Part shown: positions 18,301-27,080 of the stretch, piece after piece
Layout: each line of letters starts with the position of its first letter
How positions within the stretch are numbered: the first letter of the stretch is position 1
Position numbers and translations under genes: made by a program
The notes under the pieces: model-generated
What the model was told of the DNA's origin: nothing
The model's input: only the letters and a program-made list of their open reading frames with translations
Databases searched by the model: none
Assembly (NCBI GenBank): GCA_038888155.1
Contig: JAWAJB010000007.1
Coordinates: 1-32,162 of the forward strand
Reading direction: 5' to 3'
From: Desulfurococcaceae archaeon
Lineage (GTDB): Archaea; Thermoproteota; Thermoprotei_A; Sulfolobales; Desulfurococcaceae
DNA length: 32,162 bases

Positions 18301-19333
18301 ACTTACGATTGTGTATTACAAGATATCTCAATATTGAAATTTCTGAGTTTACTAGGTATGTTATTCCTGGAGAATATAGAGTAACTTCACAAACGGTGGA
18401 ATTCATGATGTAAGCTCCTGAGTATATACTGGGTATGGATGATTCTATGTACATGTTCGTTTGCAAATGATCTATGAATGAACTTATAATCGTAAGATTG
18501 CCGCAGGAGGTTGAATAGACAGAGTAGATTTCATTTCTTTCTATATGAGCTAACGAGCAATCATGCATTTCTATTGAGTAAAGTTCTGAATTCTTAGAGT
18601 GTAAGTAAGCCATGTTGTACAAAAAAACGTACGTTTGGTTTAGATGGGCTTCGGTTAGAGTGATTCTTGAGGAACCATATGCATAGAACATGTTGGAGGG
18701 GCTGTCGCTATAAGTTTTGTTTAATATTGCAACGGAGTGATCATAGGCTCGTATTGTGCAATGAAAGTTTATTTCTGATATATAAGCAGTAGCGTTATCA
18801 TGGAGTTTTATTTCAGACATTCTAAGATCCGCTTCTACGTATAACCGACTGTGTTCAAAACATTCGATCCACGCAGTATAGTAGGTATATGGTGCTCTTA
18901 TGAGTGCTTTAGAACTTCCGTTCATAATGATGCTTAGTGCGCCTAGGGTATCTCCCTCGGCTAATTTAAGGTAGGAGTTATCGAGCAACATTATCGTTAG
19001 TCCGCCACTCAGCAGCCTAAAGTTTTCCAGGATGACACATGCGTTGTCCCTTACAATTATCGATGGCGAACCGATAAACTCTACGTTTTGAATGAGAACT
19101 TTAGATTCATTAGCAACCTCTACTATTCCACTTATAGTACTATCGCTGATGAAGGCGCTGTAAACAGAAGGTACTATTTCATATCGGCATCCTGACCAAG
19201 CAATGATAGGTTCTTCGTTAATTAATTCTGTTTGGGAAAAGGTTTTCGTAATGGGTATATTCTCTGCAATTACGCCGGATGCAGAGTATATGGCTACTAT
19301 TAAGATTAGCAATCCGATGAAAAGTCTTCTCAT
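15392..19333 (-). CDS. Large membrane-anchored surface protein with parallel beta-helix-like region and C-terminal Ig-like domains (~1313 aa)
   Basis: Signal peptide MRRLFIGLLILIVAIYSASG (start moved from 19474 to 19333); repeated I/VxNSxI/V beta-helix pattern; many NxS/T; C-terminal TM followed by RRRKA. Confidence 0.88.
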   Translation of the reverse strand: MRRLFIGLLILIVAIYSASGVIAENIPITKTFSQTELINEEPIIAWSGCRYEIVPSVYSAFISDSTISGIVEVANESKVLIQNVEFIGSPSIIVRDNACVILENFRLLSGGLTIMLLDNSYLKLAEGDTLGALSIIMNGSSKALIRAPYTYYTAWIECFEHSRLYVEADLRMSEIKLHDNATAYISEINFHCTIRAYDHSVAILNKTYSDSPSNMFYAYGSSRITLTEAHLNQTYVFLYNMAYLHSKNSELYSIEMHDCSLAHIERNEIYSVYSTSCGNLTIISSFIDHLQTNMYIESSIPSIYSGAYIMNSTVCEVTLYSPGITYLVNSEISILRYLVIHNRKLIVNETHVISTSNYTNFVNISSSIESAYILSKFVADNASLVIINRSSADVLLISVESAKIYDASTVTSLKSNVFVENTTMSGTFFMYDNTDLHVRNSTLQNSSVLISNSRIFVESSQLYFNITLRKSEAEFKDATISAQRVLTMESNIYLNRTNTMIEHMSINGRIIFENSNATITRAYVAFILINGSFVISNGIITSATNLDGILSGIFARETNILINENNIYSIGAIRCNLIFENYSALSSSLIELQDHSNLTIKANIKPLIAIVTHDFSEIKIENSSLEGVYGKYAVIEIKNSSMNRLSLGESHGIIYRSNISEITIDKIDIEVSESTINIIRALEGSVRINHSNVGEVELGKPQDYVAHKIRATALFVDGSEIDRITSFGGTIHIANSTVKSIISIFTNVSITNYSNVDFAWENFLITATGNVVINSNYIPPGTYARLLSVDASSNVNMTEPVILTNVSALNLTIINSSFAAICGLNAAFHIINSTVATALWLLKAQYVELTHVYVDAEAYPAAVEGNIIRINNLTAPDLLILGAENAIIQNFSVNYILCAPNFEMIDPWVIPPEPMPTTYIDLSTGDAYFAGLLYVSGSIKNTHIEYVYTLCASVSLNEAILSTLNAIYSNLTITTSTILELILYESTHITIYNSSVQFIKTHTWAWDYPIYPMDEYLHAIKSTINATYVHYSIIDAIVSLQGPRLDVPFLRTIYENTTLGELRFAIIDIYGLSLVNITGFKNVTIEALRVYCKMDKEPPIITVQVSTPIVYELGIEKNLIFTINDDSPKEYWILLNDSEALRNTYSSGVQITISLQDFINSPGNYLARIYASDQFGNVNSVDVPIIVYPMEPPVIVSAPPRIINITVGESIELSWTARDASPNTYKLYIDGNLSASGAWLSDIPVKYNFTASEVRKYNVTIIFKDQLDQTTVDSIIINVKPTPAPVTMTAIIAIVAIVGLAALAAFLLRRRKA

Positions 19334-19361
19334 ATATCTTACCTTGTCACATAATTCATTC

Positions 19362-19397
19362 ACCTCGACATGTTCCGTGTAGAAATCATGTCGAGGT
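19362..19397 (-). promoter_or_regulatory. Perfect 11-bp inverted repeat between TATA box and start of the beta-helix gene
   Basis: ACCTCGACATG-14nt-CATGTCGAGGT; TTTATAAA at 19422-19429. Confidence 0.5.
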
Positions 19398-19529
19398 ATG
19401 GCAAGGAAGGACAAAAAAAGCTTTATAAATATATCTTTTTTGGCAGTCATATAGAAGTGAATATAAATCCGCAAATGAATTGCATAAGTTAATTTTACGC
19501 ATGCATATGTGGTATCCTACTCAAAAAGT

Positions 19530-20759
19530 TTAAGGTACTTCATTAAGTGGTAGGGGATATTGCTTTAGTGTTTCTTCGTAAAGTCCTAGAACGAAGTGCT
19601 TGGTGGCAGCAAAATTGTCGGGAATGTATCTTAGTATGTCTTGTCTTACTTCATTAGTCAGGTATTTCATTGAGAAAATTGATCCTAATTGACTGTATAC
19701 AGCTGGGTCTTCTTCTGAAAGCCTCTTAATCTTTGATAGATATTCGCTAATGATTTCTTCATGTCGATCGGGATTTGCTCGAAGCTCGATCTTTGTCAGG
19801 ACGTAGAGTATTAGGTGGCTCTGAAGATCCTTATATAAGCTCCTTAGGTACTCAGCTGCGAAACTCTCGTCCTTGAATCTGTCTGAGCGACTTAAAAGAT
19901 CGAAGACGAACAGGATGCTATTGATAATGTTGATACCTCTGCTAATGTCTTTACTTAATCTTTCAGGTGATGGTGGTATTATAAAATCAAATATACCATA
20001 TCTTCTAGTGGCTCTTTTTCTGAGCTCATTCAAACGTAGTAATATCTCCTTGAAGACCTCTTTTCCTCCCAGAAAGTAAATGTTCTTAGCTAGTACTGGA
20101 GCCGCTTGTAAGAGCTCTAAATCGTCAAGGCTCAGTCTCAGACGCTCAAGGAGAGATTCAACTTCATAGCTTGCTATACCTTTTCTGAAGGCAGAAGAGA
20201 CTAACAAAGTTGATGTAAACGTTTTTCTAAGTATGTCTGGGATCCTTTCATCTCTTCCGTACCTCCTTATGATATCCTCAGTAAAAGGTAGGACGGAATC
20301 CATGCAGTACCTAAATGTCATGAAGTCAAGCAGGATTGCCATTTGGGGTGAACTATGAAGCTTTAGCCTCTCTTCAAGAAGGTTGATGAATAGCCCCTTG
20401 TACAACTCTTCAGATCCAGTGTATCCTATTACTAAAGCTAGGGTATCTAGATGCTTGTATGAAAATATAGTCGCCTTAGCTATCACACTCCTATTAACCG
20501 TCTCGAAGTTGCTGCCAATATAAATCAGGGCGCCTAGCGGGTGGAAGTTTAGTGCCTTCTCTAACACATCAGTATCAACATGCACTTGTGTGTTGAAATT
20601 CAAGTGGATATACGCCTCAGCTTTGAGTAGGGGACTCTTGATATAGTTAATGTATTCCTCACACCTAAGTATCCTAACAAGGGAAACTAGGAATAGGTCG
20701 TGTAGTAGTGGATCACACTGCAGAAGCTTCTCAGCGAAGTTTAGCATTAGGTTTTCCAA
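19530..20759 (-). CDS. Hypothetical all-alpha protein (409 aa)
   Basis: Long ORF, TTG start with AGGTG SD, amphipathic helical pattern, no recognised motif. Confidence 0.82.
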   Translation of the reverse strand: MENLMLNFAEKLLQCDPLLHDLFLVSLVRILRCEEYINYIKSPLLKAEAYIHLNFNTQVHVDTDVLEKALNFHPLGALIYIGSNFETVNRSVIAKATIFSYKHLDTLALVIGYTGSEELYKGLFINLLEERLKLHSSPQMAILLDFMTFRYCMDSVLPFTEDIIRRYGRDERIPDILRKTFTSTLLVSSAFRKGIASYEVESLLERLRLSLDDLELLQAAPVLAKNIYFLGGKEVFKEILLRLNELRKRATRRYGIFDFIIPPSPERLSKDISRGINIINSILFVFDLLSRSDRFKDESFAAEYLRSLYKDLQSHLILYVLTKIELRANPDRHEEIISEYLSKIKRLSEEDPAVYSQLGSIFSMKYLTNEVRQDILRYIPDNFAATKHFVLGLYEETLKQYPLPLNEVP

Positions 20760-20946
20760 TAAATAACACCTAATTACAGTCCAAGAAATAGAGCTTAAAA
20801 GTGATGAATATATTGGAGCTGTTCCTCTGGTGATTCTACAGAAGAGTTCTTAATCTATGTGGAGCTGAAGTTATTAACGAAGCAATTAGAATTACGCCAA
20901 AAAATAAAGAAGTGAATATTGTACTTTAAAAGAGTTGTCTGGCTTC

Positions 20947-23900
20947 CTACTTTGTTTTTAACTCCTCTGAGATCATTCTCGTTATGAACTCTTTTCTATC
21001 TGGTGCTCGGTATTCGAAGATTCCTTTCTCTATCATCCTAAGTATCTTTATTACTTCTCTAACTTGCCATGGTAGCATTAGCCATGAGATTATCCTATAA
21101 CTACCATATGAGAATGCTGCCATGAGAATCACTAGTATCGGATACAGGAACATATTAGCTATGTATATAGGTCCTACCTTGGTTGAGCCTGAGACATAGT
21201 CCATAAATACTTTGATAGTGGGTTTCGTATAGATAATTTTGTCGTAGGGGATCCATCTACCGTATACTTTAACAGACTCTATGTGTACTGTTATTATCCA
21301 TACGTATCCTGGTGGAAAGTCTGCCCAATCAATTGTGACTGAGAAAACGCCGTATCCTAAGGCATTAGCAGTGTAAATTCTTGAGATTCCAGCTTGCTCG
21401 CTAGTTACTATGATTGTGATGTTAGCATCTTCTACCGGAACTCCATTGTGGAGCACTGATAACGTTACCCTTGATATTTTATGCTCATCTATAAGTTGTA
21501 CCTTGAATATGCTCTGTGGAGGAGCCTCTGCAACATTTACGCTAAGCGTTAATTTTTCAACAGTCACGGCCACTGTTACTGTTTGTGAGCGATAATATTG
21601 CTTTGAGAGGTAGATCTTCACTAGTACTGAAAATGGAAGCTCTGCTGCTTCAAACTGCTGCACTAATTCTAATAACTCAAGTGTATCTATACTTAGCCTG
21701 AAGGCGCCTGAAACATCAACTACAAGAGTACCATGTTTTAATAAGTAGCCCTTATAGTAAATCTCGAATGATGCATTGGCATCAATTATTGGTTGCTGAG
21801 TTTCATATTCCATGTACCAAACAGCTACATCTGCATACTCTCCATAGGAAAGCTCATACGTATCCTTCGGAACGACTGCATATGTTGGTATTGGGTTAAT
21901 AATGACTGTCACAGTTATCGTTTGTGGTTGATAGTGGACTTTGGATAGGAATATTGTGACTGAGAATGTTCCAATGAGGCCTATGTCTGTCGTGGGTATA
22001 AATAGCAGGTATGTTCCGTTTTCAAGGTCTAGTAAGCTACCACTTGAATAGTAGTTTACGTCCACACCTATCATTTCGTATGATGCATTGGCCCCAGCTA
22101 CTAGTCCGCCAAATCCTAGATCCTCGTAGTAGAATCTGATAGAGATATCTTGCTCATAGATTAGAGATAGCTTGGTAGTTTCTGCGACTGCATATGTTGG
22201 TATTGGGTTAATAATGATTGTCACAGTTATCGTTTGTGGTTGATAGTGGACTTTGGATAGGAATATTGTGACTGAGAATGTTCCAATGAGACCTATGTCT
22301 GTCGTGGGCATAAATAGCAGGTATGTTCCATTTCCAAGGTCTAGTAAGCTACCACTTGAGGAGTAGTCAACGTCCACACCTAGTATATCATACGAGGCCT
22401 CGGCTTCAGTCACTAGTTCACCAGACTCTATATCCTTGTAGTAGAATCTGATAGAGATATCTTGCCCATAGATTAGAGATAGCTTAGTAGTCTCCGCGGA
22501 TAGTTGTGTAGCTCGGGCCCTTATCGCGAGGTAAATACTCATTGTTTTGCTTTGGTAGTTGCTTTTACTCGCTTGAATGTTTACTATATATGTGCCCTCC
22601 GATAATAGGGCTATGTTAAGTGTCACAGAGTACTTGCCCTGAGAATAAATCATTTGGCCCTGTAAGATTACGTTTCCAGCTAAGTCAGTCAGATAATATA
22701 TGACATTCGCATCAGGTATCGGGCGGTTGGTTCTAGAATCTATGTACTCTGCAATTAGACTATAACTACTTTGCCATTGTATTTCTATGTACTGTGGTGC
22801 ATTAAGATCGGTCGGTCTTTCATCTACATATACAGCAAATGACTTCTCCACTCGTGCATAGTTGTCCTTGCGAGCAACTATCATTACGTTATACAGTCCG
22901 GCACTCCAATAGAAGTTTCCTATATGTAGCCTGTACACGCCGCCAGACACTTCCACTAATGTAAAGTCGCCCACACTAACTATAGTAGCTTTCACGGATG
23001 CGCCGCCTATAATTGAGCCATCAAAGGCGTCTGTCAATTTAACAGTTATTGTTAGTGATTCGTTCCAGAATATTACCGTTGCAGGATCTACTGTAACTTC
23101 TGATATTGCTATTCTTTCCCTTACTGTAAGATCCCTCAGAACGGGTACTGGATCCAAGAATATAATGCCCGGTGGAGGAGTTTCTGTTATGCTGGCCTCT
23201 ATTCGAATCGTGTATGTAACACCGGCTGGTAGTGTTGATGTGTTGTATACAATGTATACATAGTCTCGATTGGATATAACTGAGCCACTATCTAATATGG
23301 TACCATCAGGAGCAATTATCCACCAGTTTATAGTACCATTAATCAACCCATCTGTATCTGATCTTTTGAGACCAATCGTGATTGTAAATGTATCCTTCCA
23401 ATAAATAACTAAAGGCGACGGCGTTGTTACTACTTCAAGCTTCCCAGCAACTGTTGTTACTCCTAATTGCGGGAAGTCCCAGTCTCTCAAATAGTATATA
23501 ACTCCAGTATTAATGTCTAGTGTATGAATGATCCTAACTGGTGTGATATTGTTTTGTAGGCTTTCATCTACGTACAGAATAATGTGATCCCAGTTGCCTG
23601 TTCTGTTGAATCTTAGCGACCAACTTCCATAAGGAATGTATGCATGGAAATATCCATAAGCATCAGTATACCCGGCTACCACCATGTCTATATTCTTAGC
23701 GTTCTTCTCTGCACTACTATTTAGGTAGATGTAACCTCCTGAAAGTATATTAGGTGGGGTTTCGTTTGTAAATGCCCTTATAACAAACTTGACTAGTTCA
23801 CTAAAGTGTATTGATTCTGAAGTACTATGAACAGTGTAGCCATATTCTGCTGAGTTATTATAGTAGGCTTGAATGAAACTCTTATAAATATATCCACCAC

Positions 23901-26181
23901 TTGCAAATTCTGCTGTTATATTCCAGAATACCCTCTCGACATCAAAAATTGCTCTGCCATCCGCACCCGTCAGTCTTGAGTATCTTTTTATGCCAGAAGA
24001 GTCATAGAACGATATGTTAACATTTTGTATGCCTGCTCCATCTTTATCTAGCGCCTCAACCGCTACTAGTATCTTGTATCTTTCAACACTACCAAGGCTG
24101 CGTTGAAGAGGATTCTCAACCATTCGAACTAATCTAGAGAAATCAGCAAACCTTTCACTATCTGTAGTTCCAGCAGGGGACCAGAGTATAATAGCGTATC
24201 TGATCCTTAGGGAACTACCTAAAGATACTTGCAATCCTGTGTATCTGCGCGCCCAGAAAATATAATCCTCCTCGGAATCATCTCCCTCATTATACCATAT
24301 TGTGCTCACGGATCCCGGAGTTCCCGGAAGTTCTTCACTAAGTATATCTATGCCTATACCTCTAGGTTCGGTTGAGTGGAAGAAGGCTAGGTTTCTTCCC
24401 GTTACAGTACCAGAAGCATCTTCATATTCTGGACCTGCTTTGACAAGTATATCCAATGTGTATGCTACTGAAGTGGAAGTCCCACTGTATCGACTAACTA
24501 GTATCGTATAGTGGCCGGCACTAGGCGGCGTAAATATAACTTTTTCCCCTATAGTAGTTCCTGTTGAGAGCCCTAATATGTCTCCATCGGGATTGCAAAT
24601 GTATAAGTCCAGGTTATCACTTGTACTCCATGATAAATCAACAGTATATTCCTTACCCACAGCTTCACTAGTTACGGGTAAGTCGTGGACCGAAATTGCA
24701 CTATAGGGTATTGTTCCATAGTTGTTCGCGGCATAAACCCAGGATACCGTGTATACAACACCATCGATAGATAGAGTATAGTCCATTATACCATTTAAGG
24801 GAGCATCCTCATCATAACAATAGACTGCAACGAAATAGTATCCCGCCGTAGTAACACTCACGGTTACTGAAACAGAATTTTCAACTCCGGATCTACTGGT
24901 TACATAGGCACCATTTGGGTCATATACGATTATCCCAGGATCATCTGGCGTGCCGGTCACCGCTATTGTATGAGAGCCTGCTGTGAGATACACTCTGTGA
25001 ACTCTCAACCAAGGGCCTGATGTATCACCAAGAATCTTACCAAAAGTACCTGCGATGGATCCAGTCAGTCTTGGATACTCAATCACTGGAGGGAGTCTAG
25101 AAATATCAGTGTCACTTCCGACTCTATCGAACGTTGAGGCTGGTCCGGCTCCATTATTTTGGTCGAATACCCAGCCTCCAACGAAGTAGGTTGCATCGTC
25201 GCTTGTTTGCCACACTACTTTCTCCTCTACAATTATGCCCCATGGATAAAACCTATATGTGAAGTTTACTTTAGCTATCTCACCTAGGTTCTGATCAATT
25301 AGTGCCAAGTTTGTGACTTTGTATGTCACAAAAACTATGCCAGCGTAGATGCTGGTTAAAGGATCCTGATATTCGTCTATACCACGCCACATGTAGGATC
25401 CGCTATCTGTATTGCCGGTTCCAAGGTATCCTTCATATGTCAGTGTGGGGTTTCTTGATATTCCGAAGTGTAAGTGAGTGTGGCCTATGGTATCACCAGA
25501 GGCTAAAGTCAAGTTGCTGGCTTTCCCTCCTAAAGTCGGGGGGATTTTCACGGACCACCCTTGTGAGGACAATACTGTATATTGAGTTCCTTCTGGCAGT
25601 GTTGTTGTAGCGACTGATACTCGTTTTGGATAGCTCGGCGGATCTTTTTCTAGTGTGCTCCAATATATTTGAAATTGCTTGCTCCCTCCGCGAGCTATCG
25701 ATGTTAGGAAAGTTATTGTTGCTGATGATATGTGTGTTGAGTTATACATTGTTATGTTCCATAGTTGATAGGGTACCTCTTGAAAATACGGTTCGCTACT
25801 TAGTACTTCAATAAGTCTCACGGAGTATTTTTGAGCTGGTGGATTGAATGATAAATAGGCGTCTACAGGCCAGTCGGTTCGATCTATGACGTTAGGTTCT
25901 GTGATTGTCAAATTGACTCTATACTCCCAGTTTTCGTTCCACCAGAGACTATGTGTAGAGCCAGCTTGTTCTGCTTTCAGGAGCTTTTTGTCTATTTTAA
26001 CTGTTATGATTTCATTTGGGAGTCTCTTAATTATGTAGATACTGTCTCCAACCTCTTTTATTGTAGTTTCTGGTTTCTTGTGGGCGTTGGAATAATATCC
26101 CATTATTTCGTTGATTAATGCTATGGGTTGAATGATAAGGGCTGCTAGGATTAAGACGGATAGGGCTCTTCTATACAACAT
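20947..26181 (-). CDS. Giant membrane-anchored surface protein: DUF2341-like N-terminus, PPC-like domains, Ig-like repeats, C-terminal TM and cytoplasmic tail (~1744 aa)
   Basis: Signal peptide MLYRRALSVLILAALII; WWNENWEYRVNLTITEP..DRTDWPV; LSWSTSDNLDLYICNPDG PPC motif; repeated xSKxxYQ..T Ig units; TM near the C-terminus. Confidence 0.9.
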   Translation of the reverse strand: MLYRRALSVLILAALIIQPIALINEIMGYYSNAHKKPETTIKEVGDSIYIIKRLPNEIITVKIDKKLLKAEQAGSTHSLWWNENWEYRVNLTITEPNVIDRTDWPVDAYLSFNPPAQKYSVRLIEVLSSEPYFQEVPYQLWNITMYNSTHISSATITFLTSIARGGSKQFQIYWSTLEKDPPSYPKRVSVATTTLPEGTQYTVLSSQGWSVKIPPTLGGKASNLTLASGDTIGHTHLHFGISRNPTLTYEGYLGTGNTDSGSYMWRGIDEYQDPLTSIYAGIVFVTYKVTNLALIDQNLGEIAKVNFTYRFYPWGIIVEEKVVWQTSDDATYFVGGWVFDQNNGAGPASTFDRVGSDTDISRLPPVIEYPRLTGSIAGTFGKILGDTSGPWLRVHRVYLTAGSHTIAVTGTPDDPGIIVYDPNGAYVTSRSGVENSVSVTVSVTTAGYYFVAVYCYDEDAPLNGIMDYTLSIDGVVYTVSWVYAANNYGTIPYSAISVHDLPVTSEAVGKEYTVDLSWSTSDNLDLYICNPDGDILGLSTGTTIGEKVIFTPPSAGHYTILVSRYSGTSTSVAYTLDILVKAGPEYEDASGTVTGRNLAFFHSTEPRGIGIDILSEELPGTPGSVSTIWYNEGDDSEEDYIFWARRYTGLQVSLGSSLRIRYAIILWSPAGTTDSERFADFSRLVRMVENPLQRSLGSVERYKILVAVEALDKDGAGIQNVNISFYDSSGIKRYSRLTGADGRAIFDVERVFWNITAEFASGGYIYKSFIQAYYNNSAEYGYTVHSTSESIHFSELVKFVIRAFTNETPPNILSGGYIYLNSSAEKNAKNIDMVVAGYTDAYGYFHAYIPYGSWSLRFNRTGNWDHIILYVDESLQNNITPVRIIHTLDINTGVIYYLRDWDFPQLGVTTVAGKLEVVTTPSPLVIYWKDTFTITIGLKRSDTDGLINGTINWWIIAPDGTILDSGSVISNRDYVYIVYNTSTLPAGVTYTIRIEASITETPPPGIIFLDPVPVLRDLTVRERIAISEVTVDPATVIFWNESLTITVKLTDAFDGSIIGGASVKATIVSVGDFTLVEVSGGVYRLHIGNFYWSAGLYNVMIVARKDNYARVEKSFAVYVDERPTDLNAPQYIEIQWQSSYSLIAEYIDSRTNRPIPDANVIYYLTDLAGNVILQGQMIYSQGKYSVTLNIALLSEGTYIVNIQASKSNYQSKTMSIYLAIRARATQLSAETTKLSLIYGQDISIRFYYKDIESGELVTEAEASYDILGVDVDYSSSGSLLDLGNGTYLLFMPTTDIGLIGTFSVTIFLSKVHYQPQTITVTIIINPIPTYAVAETTKLSLIYEQDISIRFYYEDLGFGGLVAGANASYEMIGVDVNYYSSGSLLDLENGTYLLFIPTTDIGLIGTFSVTIFLSKVHYQPQTITVTVIINPIPTYAVVPKDTYELSYGEYADVAVWYMEYETQQPIIDANASFEIYYKGYLLKHGTLVVDVSGAFRLSIDTLELLELVQQFEAAELPFSVLVKIYLSKQYYRSQTVTVAVTVEKLTLSVNVAEAPPQSIFKVQLIDEHKISRVTLSVLHNGVPVEDANITIIVTSEQAGISRIYTANALGYGVFSVTIDWADFPPGYVWIITVHIESVKVYGRWIPYDKIIYTKPTIKVFMDYVSGSTKVGPIYIANMFLYPILVILMAAFSYGSYRIISWLMLPWQVREVIKILRMIEKGIFEYRAPDRKEFITRMISEELKTK
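21873..22496 (-). repeat. 312-bp tandem duplication (104-aa Ig-like unit)
   Basis: ACAGTTATCGTTTGTGGTTGATAGTGGACTTTGGATAGG at 21911 and 22223; both encode PTTDIGLIGTFSVTIFLSKVHYQPQTITVT. Confidence 0.92.
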
Positions 26182-26380
26182 AAAGCACACCGACTTACTG
26201 TTTGTTGTATATAAATCAATTGGTTAAGAAAAGGTCTTGTGATAACATTTGATAACAATCTAGTTTGTCTCTAGGTGTGATATATTGAATAAAACAATCG
26301 AATTTATACCACAGATCCAGGCTTAACTGGATATTCGAAGCCTAAATGAGCCGGATATCCTAAAAAAGAGTTAAATTGTG

Positions 26381-26424
26381 GTTGGACCTCCTCCCACCTC
26401 GAAGGGCGAGACTTTCAGTTATAA
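26381..26424 (-). mobile_element. Degenerate IS200/IS605-type right-end relic
   Basis: Minus strand TTATAACTGAAAGTCTCGCCCTTCGAGGTGGGAGGAGGTCCAAC, homologous to 29147-29189. Confidence 0.6.
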
Positions 26425-26442
26425 ATTGCTGGAGGCTTTGCT

Positions 26443-26988
26443 TCAGGCCTTTTCAGTTTCCTTTAGGTGCTCTTCTATAACTTTCAAGAGGTTCGTTAGC
26501 GCATTTTTTAGAGTTTGAAGTACCTCCTTTTGTGTTTCATCGGGCAACATTTTTATTACAGCCAGGCCCAGTGGGCTAAGGAGAGGCACCAGTTTGAGCA
26601 CTGCAAATGGGCTTTTCTTACCCTTTTCAGTTAAGAGGAGTATAGCTTCATCCATTTCTCCTAGCATTTCTTCTAGAATTTCTTTTCCTTTCTCAGTTAG
26701 AGAGTATGTGAAGAGCGTCTTCTTGCCCCTTTCAGAAACTTCTCGCTTAATCAGTCCATGGTGAAGCATTCTCCTTAATAGTGGGTAAATTCTAGAGAAA
26801 GACACGTCCCAGAAACCGCCTGCGATCTCATCTAACTTTTTCTTGATTTCATAGCCGTGCATCGGAGTCTCAGATAGCATTTTCAGTATAAGTACTTCAA
26901 GGACTCTAAGAGGTATTGGGATATGTCGCCATAAAGGTCCGCGAAAATGTGGTCCATGTCCCCATCCGCATCCACATTTATGCATCAT
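26443..26988 (-). CDS. PadR family transcriptional regulator
   Basis: LILKMLSETPMHGYEIKKKL...IYPLLRRM..GLI...YSLTEKGKEIL winged-helix signature. Likely start ATG 26988 (track gives 27009). Confidence 0.93.
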   Translation of the reverse strand: MMHKCGCGWGHGPHFRGPLWRHIPIPLRVLEVLILKMLSETPMHGYEIKKKLDEIAGGFWDVSFSRIYPLLRRMLHHGLIKREVSERGKKTLFTYSLTEKGKEILEEMLGEMDEAILLLTEKGKKSPFAVLKLVPLLSPLGLAVIKMLPDETQKEVLQTLKNALTNLLKVIEEHLKETEKA

Positions 26989-27022
26989 TACCACCACATG
27001 TGAAGGCAAAGTATACTACACT

Positions 27023-27044
27023 ATGATATATCATTTTGATATAT
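27023..27044. promoter_or_regulatory. Palindromic operator between divergent padR and ABC genes
   Basis: ATATATCA-TTT-TGATATAT (27026-27044) overlapping the palindrome ATGATATATCAT (27023-27034), next to AT-rich TATA-like sequence. Confidence 0.65.
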
Positions 27045-27080
27045 TTAAATAAATAGATAAACATTCAAAATGTTTGGATA

